Shown in pieces: positions 37,730 through 51,737 of a DNA stretch of 64,000 bases; position 1 is the stretch's first letter; the number at the start of each line of letters is the position of its first letter. The stretch covers positions 65,164,001 through 65,228,000 of the forward strand of contig NC_045697.1 of the NCBI RefSeq assembly GCF_009834535.1, in the 5' to 3' direction. A program made the position numbers and the translations under genes. Below the pieces are notes generated by a model. It was not told the origin of the DNA, ran no database searches, and saw nothing but the letters and a program-made list of their open reading frames with translations. This DNA is from Camelus ferus (lineage: Eukaryota).

Positions 37730-39370
37730 TATTTATTACTGTTTTCTATTTGCTGCCCTTATTCTTTGTGCCAGTTTTTGTGTTTTGAGTATTTTTCTGC
37801 TTTTTGTGAGTTTTACTGAGCATTTTCTATAATTCAGTTTTCTTTCTTAGCAGATCAGTTTATTTATTATTTATTTATTTTACTTTTTTAGTGGTTGCCC
37901 TACATTTTGCAATATCCTCTTACAACTAATCCAAGTTTACTTGCAACTAATACTAATATGATTTTATGAGTAGTGTAAGTACCTTATAATACCAAAATAA
38001 TCTTTATATCTTTATTCCTTCCTCCCAACCCTGTATCATTAGGGTCATACATCATATTCTTGGTTATTGTTTCGAACATTTTTGTTCCTTTCTCTCTTTC
38101 TTCCTCTTCTAGTAATTCCATTACATACACCATTTGTGGTTGCCCTGCAATCCTTGGATAGTCCATTCTGTTGTTTGTTTTTATTTTGTTTTGTTCAGTT
38201 TTTATTCTCTTTGCTTTTTGGTTTTTGTGAATTCTATAGATACATTCTCTAGCTCAGGGATGTCTCCTCAGCCATGTCCAATCTACTAATAAGCAAATCA
38301 AAAACATTCTTCATTTTGGTTACAGTGTTGTTGTTTTTTTTAATCTCTAGCGTGTTATTTTGTTTTTTCTTAGGATTTCCATCTCTCTGCTTACATTGCC
38401 CATCTATTCTTGCATACTGTCTGCTTTATCCATTTGAGCCCTCAGCACATTAATAATAGTTGTTTTAAGTTCTTGGTCTAATAATGCCAACATACTTGTC
38501 ATGTCTGGTTCTGATGCTTGCTCTGTCTCTTCAAACTGTGTTTTTTGCCTTCTGATATGCCTAATAATTTTATCTTGATAACCAGACATGATATACTTGG
38601 TAAAAAGAACTGCTGTAAGTCGGCCTTTGGTAATGTAGTGGTGGTATGGGGGAGGGGAAGTGTTCTATATTCCTATGATCAGGTCTCTGTCTTTTAGTGA
38701 GCCTATGTCTCTGCATTGTGAACTTCAGGTTTCTCAAGTGTTTCTCAGGCTTTACTCCCCTCTTAGGTGGATCGCAGTGGCTAGAGCAGGCTGGAACTGG
38801 CTGTGTCCCTTCCTCAGCTAACTTGGGTGATGGATAATAATCCTTCAGGAAATTAGGCTCTTGTTAAGTAGTATCCCCTAATGACAGGCTTTCTTAAGAA
38901 TAACGGCATGCTATGGTGTATTTCAGAATGGTTCCTTTTCTCTATCCTTGGCTGAAGCTCAAAAAGATTTTTCTGACTTTTACTGCAGGGATATGGTAAG
39001 CTATTGAAAGAAATCTCACAATATTGTGGTAACTCCCCTATGACTGGGTCTCCCTGGAATTTTTAACTCTCAAAGAGTCGTCTGCCATGACCCTCCAGCA
39101 ATTCATAAATTACAGTTAAGGTTTTCCTATTCAGGCACTGGTTCTGGTAGTTTCCACTAATGAATCCTTGCTGTGGTAAGCTGGGAGGCTGTGATGACCT
39201 ATATTTGCCTGTCTTTCTCTCCATTTTGGGGGCAGTGGTTTGCCCTGTTTCCTCCTGTTTTATGGATCCAAGAAGAGTTGTTTGTTTTTAAGTCTCTTCA
39301 GTTTTTACTTGTTGTTAGGACAGCAGGGGTCCTCCAAGCTACTCACATGCAGAACTGGAAACCAGGAGTC
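37730..39370 (-). mobile_element. L1MC-like 5' end: 5' UTR, ORF1 remnant and a short downstream piece
   Basis: ORF 38404-38589 (RQKTQFEETEQASEPDM...LDQELKTTIINVLRAQMDKADSMQE) is the ORF1p N-terminus; minus strand starts GACTCCTGGTTTCCAGTTCTGCATGTGAG...CCTAACAACAAGTAAAAA. Confidence 0.82.
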
Positions 39371-42300
39371 CAATAGTATTTTTTAATGTAGTTTTGGCTT
39401 AAGATCGTTTCATTAATATAACATCCAAATCTTGTAAAATACTTCGTATCTTTAATTTGGGGATATAATTGGCTAGTATGTTCAGTTAATGGTGCAAATT
39501 GGGGTGATTGTTATTTTCTTTTCACATTTTATGTTTACCAAAATTGAAGTAAGAGAAGGAGGAAGAAAAAGAGGAGGAAAAATAACCTACCAATTATAGA
39601 TGAAGTTATATTTGGATGCATCCACAGATATAAAAAAATTATACATTTCTACCTCTTTTGTAATTTCTTTCTGGTGAAGATAACAGTTGATATGTTCATG
39701 AAAGATCATGAGTTGACATAAATATGAGATGTTCTCCAGTAGCCATACTCCTTCCAATGATGTGAATACAATATAAACATAAATATCACATTTCTTCTTT
39801 GACTGTAATTCCTCCTGATATTTTACTCACTGGTCTAATCCCTTCGTTCATACTCTTCAGAAATTGCAACTATAGTCTGTCAGTCACTTCAGAACTAAAA
39901 AAAAGAGAGAGATTTTTCTATTATGCTTTTTTTTTCAATAAACCTTTAGATAGTTTCAAACTCAATTCAGTGTTTTTGTACTCTTTCAAGGGCACAAACA
40001 GGCTTGATTCTACAAACTATGTTCCGTATTCAAAAAAAGAGGCAGTTTCCATATCAGTGCTACATATTAAGAGAGTGGCTTTTGTAACTTACATTATTTG
40101 CATGGAGGTCATCACTGTCTTTAAAATGGAAAATTAAAATTCCGTGTATCTATCAATGGAACAGGTTGATGGAAAAGTTGATCCCAATACAGCATTCATG
40201 TTGGAGACATTATTGTTCAAAACGAACAAGCCCCGAAGTTACTGTGTCAGATAACTACATGTGCTTTAAGGCTCTTATTTGTCAGCAGTGATATTTTGAC
40301 ATTCTAATACTCCTTTCACTTTGAAATACAAAAGTTTGTTTGTATGGCAGGGAAAATGGAAAAAAATAGTATAATGAAACTCAGTATGTGAGAAGCATTT
40401 GCAATTCGGAATTATGATGATCACATTTTACTCTTAATTAAAAGAGGTTGCCACCAAGAAGTGTATATGTTTTCACACACATCTGTTAATTAATATTACA
40501 TACCAAGGATTCTGTTTCAGTGCATAATTTGACCCACTTTAGCCTAATCCTTAATAGATATTCCATAAGGAATTATGTGTAGAAGCTACTTGGTAACAGT
40601 CAAGTTTTACAATAAACTTTAGATTTACCCAGGGCAACAAGTCTGTAATTAATTTCTCCTAACTCCTTGTGAACAAATCTCACTTTCTAACCACTTTGAC
40701 AACCTAAACACTAATATATTGAAATTTATAGAGTAAAACATAAAAAGTAATCCTGACTGATGCTTAGGATCTGGCTGTTGGTTTGCTGTGAGTTGTAAAC
40801 ATTCTAGATGATAGTGTTCATTTTGCTAAAAGTATTTTTTTCTGTTTGGGAATAAATACAATTTCATTTTATATAGTTTTGCATTTCTGAAACCAATGCA
40901 TACCTATCTTTATTAGCTGCAATCATAGCTTATATTTTTTCAGATATTATACTGTTTCCATACTTAATGCCTGTAAGCATTTGCACCCCCATTTTGTGGA
41001 TGAATAAAGTGAGACTTGAAAATTTAATTTTGGAAGTTATATATCCAGGCTTTTATCTTTTAAAAAAATCTTTAAATATTAGAATTGTATTCTTTTCACC
41101 AAAGCCCATAGTGTAGCTTCTTAATAAACATGTGCTTAAATTAAACTGAATTGTCTTTTTTCAGTGTCCCATGATATCAGAAAGTAAAATAATATAAGTA
41201 GTATATATAATAAATGACACATATATTTACTACATTAAACACAACAGCATATAATATATAATAGATATTATAGCACTATTATATTAAAATAGTATAATAC
41301 TGCCTATTCATATATGTTTCTTCTTATATTTTTCCATCACCACTCACAGAGAATAAAATGAAAAATAACATTTTTCTACATAATTCTCCTGTATGCATTT
41401 TTTTTTTTTTTTTTTTTGCTGTGAAATAGTAATACAAGTTGTAACCGTAATGCTTTGGGCTTTGAAATATAAGCTAATTGTATAATTTTATAACTTATAA
41501 TGATAAAATTATAATTTTAGAAATACAAGCTAACTTTATATCAGCATTTACTAGCTCTTTGCCAAGGCACATACTCGTTAAATTCAAGAGCTCCAAGCAC
41601 TTGTATTTCTCCTCTGTGCCCAACTGCATTTGTCTAAGCTGTTTCTTCCCAATCCAATCTCCCTAATAGGCAAACATAAAGTCTAGACTAGCTGACACTA
41701 CACTGAGTAGATCAAGGTAGAAGACACCCCTGCGAATCAGTAATAAAGAATGGGTTAACCCAATCTTCCAGACTTTTTTTCCCTGAACCAAAGATTGTTG
41801 TTCTTCACACCCAAAACTTGAAAAGAAATGAAACCAACATCATTTCCTAATCATTTTCTCCTGCATTCCAAGTCTTTAGTGTCAGTCTTGTAAATACATT
41901 AACATACATTAAAAGACATTTCATTTTAATAATTTAGCTAAGTTTGTTTTTAGTCTAGTTGTCATTGTTCTTAAAATTTCTGTGATAAATCAATGGAAGA
42001 ATAAGCTTATTCCAAGTTGATTTGCTACTTATTTTTATTATGGATCTGGCAAGTCATTGTGTTCCTTGTTTTATAAGTGGAAATGATAATCCCCTAAGCT
42101 AATTTAATATTTTAAGCATGGTAATTAAATAAGACATAAATTATCACATATTTGCGTTTTCAATACGACATTAAAAGGGGGGAATACAGGCAAGAAAACT
42201 GTTTTCAACTTTTTAAAAAGATTTTTTAAGATAATAATAGTAAGTTTTATTTGCATTTTTCATTTAACTGATGGGTAGAGAAATAAACCACTGTGTTCTA

Positions 42301-42463
42301 ATCATGAACCTAGTTTTAAAATGATATAAACCAAGAAATTATGTTTAAAGGAAGATCACATTTAAATTCTGATAAAAAACAACTTGTCATTGGGGGTCAT
42401 TGACATTGGTTCCTTTAAGCACAATCACACTGTCTTAGCAAGATGTTTCAGGGACACACACAT

Positions 42464-42506
42464 TCTGTACAAGTTTATTTACTCACAGTAAATAAACTTG
42501 TACAGA
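42464..42506. repeat. Perfect inverted repeat, 20-bp arms and 3-nt loop
   Basis: tctgtacaagtttatttact-cac-agtaaataaacttgtacaga. Confidence 0.97.
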
Positions 42507-43014
42507 GAACATTTCAAGCTGATAGCTTTAATTATTTTAGCTGATTCCCATGATTGCATTCATGTTAGGGCCAAAAGAGGTGACTGTCTGTGGGTAATCA
42601 CTCCATCATAACTCAGAGCGTCCAAGCTCTGAGGCGTGCCCAGCTTGGAAAACTAGTTTGATCTCCTTCAGAAAATGCTAATAAAAGAAAACATGTAAGA
42701 AATACAGGCTGTGAACCTTTCAAAAACAGTTAAAAACCTAAAATCAGAACTATAGCTTGAGATGCAAGAAGGGATTTTCATGGAATTTATAATATTCTTG
42801 AAGTACAGCATCAAACACAGATTTGCACATAATGAGAATTCAGTAATTTGTTGCGTGAATAGTGACTTGAAATTTCCTCTTCTACTTTAATTCATTTTCC
42901 CATGTTTTTTTTAAGCACCTGTCTAGCTCTATTACATCTGTCCTTCCTAATAAACTTGTTTACATGCTCCCCTTCTGAAGTCTATTCTGTTAAAAATTCA
43001 AATTTCAAACCATT

Positions 43015-43200
43015 GGCTTTTACTGAGTGTGTATTAGGCATTACTCTAAAATGTATTAATTTATTAATTCTTACTGGTATATATTAGCATTTCTACTTTA
43101 GTGGTGAGAAAATAAGGTTAAGTAACTATCCTGAAGTCATACCACTGAAAAGCACAGGGCCCGGAATGAAAACCCAGGTGCTCTAGTTTCAGAGAAAGCA
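43015..43200 (-). mobile_element. MIR SINE
   Basis: ggtgagaaaataaggttaagtaactatcctgaagtcatac...aaacccagg. Confidence 0.65.
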
Positions 43201-44877
43201 TGTAACTAGTGCATTTGAGTTGAGATTTTATTTTGCTGTATCTTTGAAATGGTATTTGTTCTCTCTCTTTGTATTATATATTCCATAGAAAAATCAACAT
43301 GTAGCAGTACGAAGATATTTGGAGAAGAGTGACACAATGACTTGACTACATTTGTTTCACCTTATTATTATTAAACCTTAACTCAGTAAACAGGCCATTA
43401 TATGAAGAGGATGAATGTGATTACAATCACTATTCCTGGGTAAACATGTGCCTGGAAAAATTGTCGCTTAATCAGCAGTTCTCTCTGCTTGACACATAAA
43501 TCACTACTCTTCTATGCCATTACAATCCCCAGTATTCTAAAATTTCTCCTCTCAAGCTGTCACTTTGACAAACCATTCTGTGATTGCTGCACTATAAGTT
43601 GAACTATTCTCAGTCAGGTTGCCCAGGAGTCTAGAGATGGTATACATGTTTTGAAGTTAGAGTTCCATTACTTCTTAAATTGTCTCTTTTGCCATATTAC
43701 TTATGAACCTTCAAGTAAAAGTAAGGTTGTCTAACAGTGGTCTGTTTTCTCTATTGCTTTTCCCAAAGGAAAGAGCTCATTATTTAGATCTTTCTTCCAC
43801 ATTCCAGGATACCCTTTTCCTTCCTCCTCAGTTATCAAAATCAAATTCTCCTTCAAGATTCATCTTATTGTTGGTTCATCAAATATTTCTTAAGCATGAA
43901 CTCTGTGCCAATAAAAGAATAATTAAGAAAATGATACCCTTTTTAAGGGATTTAAGAGTTAATGTGCTTCTTTAGCAAAAAAAACTTTCCAGCAAGTTCA
44001 AGCCAAATTGATCCAACTCGTGTTAAAATGTATGCCCTTTTTGAACCTAAATAATCTTTTCATACTTGTATGGTTTCTTTTAGATAAACATCTCACCTAT
44101 ATTTGATTAATATTGGGTGGCTATGTAAGGCAACTCTAAGCTTCTAAAGAGTATAGATACTTCGTATTACACTGCCTTTGTATTCCTTTGGGAATGTCCT
44201 TAATAGTTGATTGAGTCAGTGATTATAGACCTTTATCTCTAAGTAATTATACTCTTTCATAATCAGTTACCTCAAACTGTACTTCAGGATCCTTCAAGTA
44301 AAAGAGTAAAGTCATACAAAAAGGGGTGATACAAATTATAGTGCAGTATTACTTTGCTGTTGAAAAAGGACTTCCACATACATGTTTTCATTTGTGATTA
44401 GCAAAAGCTCTATGAGGTAAATTGGGTGTAATAATCACCATTTGCTTCATAGGTATGTGTGATGATGAAAAGAGATAAAAAGGGCTTTGAAATGAAATCT
44501 CTAACATTATGGGAAATATCAGTATGTTAGTACTGTGGATGAAACATTTTTTTTTGCAATTGGAGCATCTAACTCTCATTAAAACAATCTCCATGGATAT
44601 TATTTGTGGGAAGAGTTCGGGATGGTATGACAGAGAAGGTGCTATGAGGTACAAAACATCGCAGTGTTTCATGGAAAGACATGGCAAAGAGACTCATAAG
44701 AAACGTTATTTCTTGAGATTGCTTATTTGATACAAACCCAGGTGAATCCTCATTTCTTTGTTTTGTCTTTTCAAAAAAGGAAAACCGTCGGAAATCACAA
44801 TATTATGTTAGAACTTTCCCTTTTCTCCTTTTTTGAGGGGACGGTGAAAGAAGGAAGAGAAGGTATTAAATTTAGTG

Positions 44878-44914
44878 CTTTCTCTCTCTCTCTCTGTCTC
44901 TCTGTCTCTGTCTG

Positions 44915-44945
<31 letters not shown>
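44878..44945. repeat. Compound (CT)n/(CTGT)n/(TA)n microsatellite
   Basis: Read directly. Confidence 0.92.
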
Positions 44946-44946
<1 letters not shown>

Positions 44947-46849
44947 ACACATTCAGAAGAAAATGGTTTTGTTACAAATAGATCAGCCTTTCTTTGAAAG
45001 GTCCATAAACCTTTACACAGTGGAAAAAATGCCAGGGCGTTTTAAACAGGCATATGATAAATAAAACACACCATACTCTCTTCAGTGTAAGTTTGCAAGA
45101 GTACACTGATTTACCAATAGCACCTAACCCCAATGTCCTTATAATAAATCAAAACACAGAGGTATATAAAGCCACCAGAAAGAAATATAAAGCCTTTTTC
45201 TATTTCTAGGCCAAAATATAACCAATTAAGTTAGAACGTGCCAAGTAGAGGAAAGATTGATCAATAACAGAAGTAAGGGGAAGAGAGAGAGTGAAACATT
45301 GGTATGATGTATCCTGGGAAATACTCTAGTCTAATCACCACCTTTAATATGTAAAGAAACTGAAACCCAAAGAGAAAAAGTGATTCTTGCCTAAAATCCA
45401 ACATTGATTCACATCTGAACCAGAGCTAAAAAAACCAGCACACCTCACATATGCCCTAGTTCTCTAGATTATAGAGCCGACACATTTCTCCTCCCTGAAA
45501 GCAACAGTTTCTAGGCAATAGCAGAGGTACAGGAGGCTTAGCTGGTTTTTGGTTGCTGTTGTTTTTTCATGCTGGTGTCAATGATTAAGAAGATTGTGGT
45601 ATCAGTCTGATGTTTTGATTTTGTATCTTACCTTGGAAGAAATGTTATCTTTGTATGTTTAAGTGAATTTCACACAAAAATTAATGTCATAGATTTAAAC
45701 AGGCCTTTTTAACAACTTGCACAGTCCTGACTTTAAAAAGCAACATATGAAAGAGTGCACGTGACTTAGTGAAAAGCTGTATCGAGAAAAAGTTGTCACA
45801 AATTTTATGCCATGCTTTTCAAGAATTACCTCCTTTCACTTCATAATTGCCACTAGCAGTAGCCAAGCTAACTATTAAATAGTGTTTCTGACCTTATGCA
45901 CTGTTTCATAGCTCTGTAAAGTACATAGACAGCTTTTTCCCCCCAAAATAGAAATGCTTCTGATTCTATGCTGAAGGGCATTATTAGTGAAATTAGAATA
46001 TGATAACAAACTGCAGATGGTAGAAGATTACTTCCTGGCAGAGAATAAATCCAAGTGCATTCTGTGCTCAGTGACATGTGATCATCCATAAATTGTGATA
46101 GTGGTGATCTAGTCACAAATAAAAATTAAAATAATTTTACAATAAATTAGAATGTATTACATTAGAAAATTGTGAGTTTTCATAGTTGCTATAATAAATC
46201 ATACAAGTAGCCATTTTAGTTCACTTAAAAATCATAATACATTTTACTTAGTTTAAAATCATCTTAAACACACATATTATTAAAAGATTATTTTAACCGA
46301 ATCAAATTTAAAAGTGAATGTTTATACACTAAAGAGGTGACAGACTTTGATATATTACTACTACAAAAGCATCTATGAAGAATATTGTTTTTAAAGATGA
46401 ATGGTCTAATCTATTACATATTACATTTTATCCATGTTTTTAAGAAAATTTACTCAAGTCCCCTATTTGCCAAGAACATCTGAGTTAAAAACAAACAAAC
46501 AAACAAACAAAACAGCACATCTCTGCTTTCATGGAGCTTGTATATATTAGACCTATTACAAAAGAATATTGATGTTTCTAAATAGTGCATGTAGAGAAGG
46601 CTAAACAACACTTTTGTTATGAAGAACAAGATTCTTCTCGTTTGCCCCTCCTACTATTGTCAACTCCATTTAGGATTTTTCTTTATCAACAAAAGCAGAT
46701 GATTTCTGTGAAAAAAAATGGTTTTTTTTAAAACAGACTTTAAGTTACATTAATGTGAACTACTAAGGCTAAAAAAAGTCATGTAATTTGAAATATAAGT
46801 AAGCTACCTTACACCTACTCCACTTTGGAGGCCAGATTGCAAGTACACT

Positions 46850-47320
46850 GTTCCTTCAATTATTCATCCATTCACCGTATATTCAGTGAGTGCCTACAAT
46901 AGACCAATCTCTCCCCTCGTCTTGTGCAAAGCCGACAAAGCTCCTGCTCGCATGTAGCTTATATTTTCATGGGGAAGAAAGAGTGAAAATATAGAAACAA
47001 ACAGATATGTAGTCAGATGATGATAAATGTTAAGGAAAAAATAGTCTTGAAATAGAGAGTAAGGATGTTATTGAAAAAGAGACTGCAAAAGCATAGGCTT
47101 AGCATAAGGGAATAAGATGAAAGAATATATGGGTAAAAGGTGCCTGGGCAGAAAGAAAGGAGGCTGCACTAAAAAGCAACAAGCCTGCATGGCTAAAGTA
47201 GAATGAGTAAGGCTGAATGTAATAGTTAAGGTCAGAGTTGTGGCCAGGCATGAGGTAATAGAGAGCCTAGGGGCCCAGAAAAGAAAGTTTCCATGAAGAG
47301 GAGTGATTTCTATTCATGTA
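46850..47320 (-). mobile_element. L2 3' fragment
   Basis: ttcaattattcatccattca...gagtgcctac...agcttatattttcatggggaaga...ggctaaagtagaatgagtaagg. Confidence 0.7.
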
Positions 47321-47499
47321 ATGGGTGTGCCTGAATGACATTGCTGTCAAGGAATAAAATATTAGTAAAAGAAATGAAATTATTCACTGTGATAATCAAA
47401 AACAGTGCACTCTTTCTAATCAAAAGTACTTAAAGTCTGTCTAATGTAATTAGCCAACTGTGATTGAATTTATAAGATGCAAGGTACTGGGTTTCAAAC

Positions 47500-49050
47500 A
47501 AACATTGGAGAGGACAGTGTCTAATCCAGAAGACTGGCATGCAAACAGGTAATTACCCCAGATATTGGAACTGTCAAACAGAAACAACAAAATACCTACA
47601 GTTAATATGTTAACAAGAAAGGTGAATAACATAAATGAGTAATAGGGGAAATTTAGCAGAAAAAGTTTAGATTAAAGCAGTACACAAAAATTTAAAGGAT
47701 CAAATACCTATATTTGAAAAAAAAAAAGGTCTAAAATTAATGATCACAGCTTCCACCCTAGAAAAAGATAAACATCAGAGTGGAAATCAGTGAAATAGAA
47801 AACAAAATAGAGAAAATCAACAAAGCCAAAAGCTCTTTCTTTAAGAAAATTAATAAAATCAATAAACCTCTAGCCAGCCTGACCAAGAACAAAAGAGAGA
47901 TAATACAAATTACCAATATTATGAATGAGGGAGGCAGCATCACTACAGATTTTATAGATATTAAAAGGATTACAAGATAATATTATTAACACCTTTTTGA
48001 CAATAAATTTGACAACTTAGATGAAATGGGCAAATTCCCTGAAGACACAGACTAACAAAGCTCACTCAAAAGGAAATAAATAAGCTGAATATCCCCATAT
48101 TTGTTTTTAACATAGATTTTACACTTAAAAACTTCCCTAAAAATTTTCTCACAAGTGGAACTCTATTCCCATAAAGTTTCACAGGTGAGTCCTACCAAAC
48201 ATTAAAGAAGAAATAATACTAATTATATACAGACTCGTCCAGAAAACTGAATAGATGTTACTACATCACAACTCATTTACTGAGGCCAACATTATCCTTG
48301 CATAGATGGTTTAACATTCAGAAATCAATAAATGTAGTTATTCAAATTAAGATATTATGGAAAAAAATATGTGATTATCTCAAAATATGCCTAAAAAGCC
48401 TTTGACGAAATACAATATCCATTCCTGATAGAAAAAAAAAACTCTCAGCATGCTTGACATAAGAGGGAACTTCCTCAACTTTACAAAGATCATTATATTT
48501 AATGGCAGGTTATATTATATTTAATTATTGAAGACTGAATGCTTTTTTCTTAAGGTTAGGAAAAGGGAAAGGTGGCTGCTCTTACCATGTATATTCCACA
48601 TTGTATTGGTACTAGCCAGTGCAATAAGGTATGAAAAGGAAATAAACGGTATACAGGTTAGAAAGGGAGAAGTACAAATGCCTTTGTCTGAAAATGACAT
48701 GACTGTCTATGTAGAAATTTCTATGGAATCTACAAAAAAGGAATCTAAAACTAACAAGTGAGTTTAATAAGATTTCATAATGCAAAATCAGTATTCAACA
48801 ATCTGATACATTTCTATATTCTAACAACGAAAATTGAATTAAAATTTAAAAGTACCATTTACAATAAAATATAAAAATATTTAGCAATAAATATGACAAA
48901 AGAAATGTAAGACCTATTTACTGAATACTACTTTGATTGATTTTTTTTATTAGAAATATTGATCAAAAAAATTTTGAAAGACTGATTTAAATGAAGATTC
49001 TGCCATGTTCATGAATCAGAAGATTTGGTATTGTTACAATATCAAAAACA
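47500..49050 (+). mobile_element. Old L1 with ORF1 and ORF2 remnants and several internal deletions
   Basis: ORF 47780-47980 (IEKINKAKSSFFKKINKINKPLASL...) and ORF 48528-48761 (IFHIVLVLASAIRYEKEINGIQVRKGEVQMPLSENDMTVYVE, a degenerate FADD motif) are L1 ORF2. Confidence 0.9.
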
Positions 49051-49089
49051 ATTCTTTGTATAAGTACCTGGGCTGCTGAAAAAAATAAT

Positions 49090-49930
49090 ATAATATAAGT
49101 ATAAATGGCATGGCAGTAGGAGAATATTTGGAATATCAGGGAGATGTGATGGCAAGGAACAGGTGCTGAAAGTAAGCATGACGATATATATTGGGGCCAG
49201 ATCGTGAAGGTTTTTTATACCATGCTAAGAGTTTAAACTTTTTCCTTCAGAAGTTGTAAGTAATTGACTGTTATATCTGTTTTTAACTTTCAGTTTTCAA
49301 GTAGTTTTAGATTTATAGAAAAATTATGAAAATAGTACATTGAGTTTGTTTATATTCATCTTTCCCTCCCCCAATATTAATGTCTTAAATAGCTATAGTA
49401 CAGTTACCAAGAACAATACAATATTATTAAATGAGCTACAGATCTTACTAAAATTTTATCAATTTATTCAATAACTTTTTTCTGTTCTAAAATTTTACTC
49501 AGGATCCTATGTTGCATTTAGCTGTCATTTCTCCTTAATTCCTCCAGACCATAATAGTTCCTCAGTCTTTTATCAATGACTTTTAAAACAGAAAAACAAC
49601 ATAAGGATACTTAGAAAAAAAAAAAAAAGATAACCTGTCCTTTTACAATAAGGATTATTGGAGAAAGGTTAAGCTGAAGGCTGTGAAATCATATCAGCTT
49701 AGAGTCAGTTTTAGTAATTGGGTTAGTGGTGACACAGATTGAACTAAGGGACTGGCAGTGAATATTCTAAGAAGAGAACAGCTTTGAGAAATGTTTGGGA
49801 GGTAGAATTACAGTATGGGTTAAGCAAAGTTGATATGAAGGGGTATGGGGAATAAGAAAGAGGAAATAATTGAAAGTGGCTTCTGATTTTTGGCATTGAT
49901 AATCTGGATGAACAGCAATAACTGAGAGAG
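49090..49930 (-). mobile_element. L2 fragment interrupted by an L1 3' end
   Basis: ggggccagatcgtgaagg...catgctaagagtttaaacttt on the left; gaactaagggactggcagtg...gggaggtagaatt on the right. Confidence 0.65.
49278..49572 (-). mobile_element. L1MC/L1MD-like 3' UTR fragment nested in L2
   Basis: gttttagatttatagaaaaatt...aatagtaca...caggatcctatgttgcatttagctgtcatttctcctta...gttcctcagtcttt. Confidence 0.75.
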
Positions 49931-50689
49931 CAATGTCCGATATTATTTATTTGTCATCCTCTGTCTTCCCCTTACATAAACACAGACACATAGTTCATTG
50001 TATCTTTTTAGCAAGATCTTATTCTTATTTTCATAAGGTATAATTTGCTAGAGTATATTAAATATTATCAATTGTCTTGAAAGAATGATATAAATCCAAG
50101 GTGTGCCTTATTATAAAAGGATAATAATTTTAATAATGAGAATTTCTATAAAATCACAGAAAAAGTTTTGAAGGCTGACATATAATATAATATGGATTTT
50201 CATTTTTTTCACAGTTGTGTTTAATCCTTACTTTTTTTAGCTGGGACTGTGCAGATAGAGATCAAATTTTATCTGTATCAACTAAATATAACATTCTTCA
50301 CTCATCTAGTTTCTTAAAGTCCTGCTGCTGTTCTTTCCTGAAGTCTTAACTTCTATTAGGTGACAATCAGGTGTTTATAAGGGGGTGGAGATGTTGTTTT
50401 AGATTAACTTACGTCTGTAGGATGTGGGAAGAACACTTTTCTACATGTGATATTAAGCAAAATATTCCCCAAAGTAAAAGACTGACAAATTTGCTTGAGT
50501 AATAGTTTAAAATCTTCTAATTATATGTAAATTTAAAATATAGCAAGAATAAAGATGGGCATTTTAACATATAAGTAACAGATAAAGGATTGATACTGAA
50601 AATATGTGAAACGTTCCTTCAAATTAACAAGAAGACAAACACATTCAAAAGTCATATTTCTTGCCTACCCTTCCATCTTACTCTTACAC

Positions 50690-51140
50690 AATTGATCTCT
50701 GTACTGCAGCTACCTAGCTCTTCCTTCTGCCTCTCAGGTAATACATGATCATTCTCATACAGCATCTTTGCAGTCTATTTCTTCTATTTGGAAACATTTT
50801 CTTTACTCTTTTTCATCAAGGCAACTCCTTTTCACAGAATTGGTTCCTAGTTACCCTTCAGACTGCAGCTCCAAATGCAATTCTGCATTAAAAGATTTTC
50901 CCAGCCCATAGTTTAGAAAAAAATGCTTTTGAGTTGCTATAGAGTAATGGCTTTTTTTGGCCTAACACCTATATACCACATCATTATACATTTATCTTCT
51001 GTCTCTCCCATTACACACTTGTCTTTTTTTTTTTAACCACATTTCATCCTGACTAGCTGACATTTGCCTGGTATAGTATATGCATTTGACATGTAAAACA
51101 TGTATATGTATATGCACATAACCATATGTGTTCATTGCAG
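50690..51140 (+). mobile_element. L2 3' fragment
   Basis: agcatctttgcagtctattttcttctatttggaa...cccttcagactgcagctc...tgcctggtatagtata. Confidence 0.55.
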
Positions 51141-51737
51141 AAATAATTAAATTAATATTAAATGGGAGAGTAATTTGAATTTCCATAAATAGAGGCTGTG
51201 AAAGTACATAATTGAAAGGCTATAAAGTAAATACAATGAAATCTAGATTCTAGGCTTGTCTCCACTACTTACTGAAAAAGTAAGAATGAGCCTCAATTTA
51301 GTGTTCAACAAATGAAGGTAAGAATCTATCCAATATAGTCATGCTGACAAAATGATAAAATGTATATAAAAACATTTTGTAAATTCCAAAAAGCTTACAA
51401 AAATAAAGTAATACTTAGTCAATTTTTTTAATCACTTTTATCACATCATTGTTGGTAGAACTGCTTTAGGTCTTGACTGAAAGTGTACTCAATACCTCAA
51501 TGTTTCTTCCCAGTAGCTTTTTTCATCCTTGTTAACTTTTTTGTATATACTCTCTGTATTTGGAAGTGAAACTGTATAGAAGTAATTCCTTTATCCCAAA
51601 TCCAAAAGAAAAAAAGGGAGAATGGTATCAAAATCATTATTCTTTTCTCTTTTACATCCAGCAGGCTGACATTTTCTGACTCTTGTAAGAGAGAGAGTTA
51701 AGTGCCTTCTAGTTGTTTACATGGGCCTTTGTGTTTT

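Noticed and set aside
47780..48761. Active reverse transcriptase gene
   Set aside because: Fragmented L1 ORF2 with stops, frameshifts and loss of the catalytic FADD motif.
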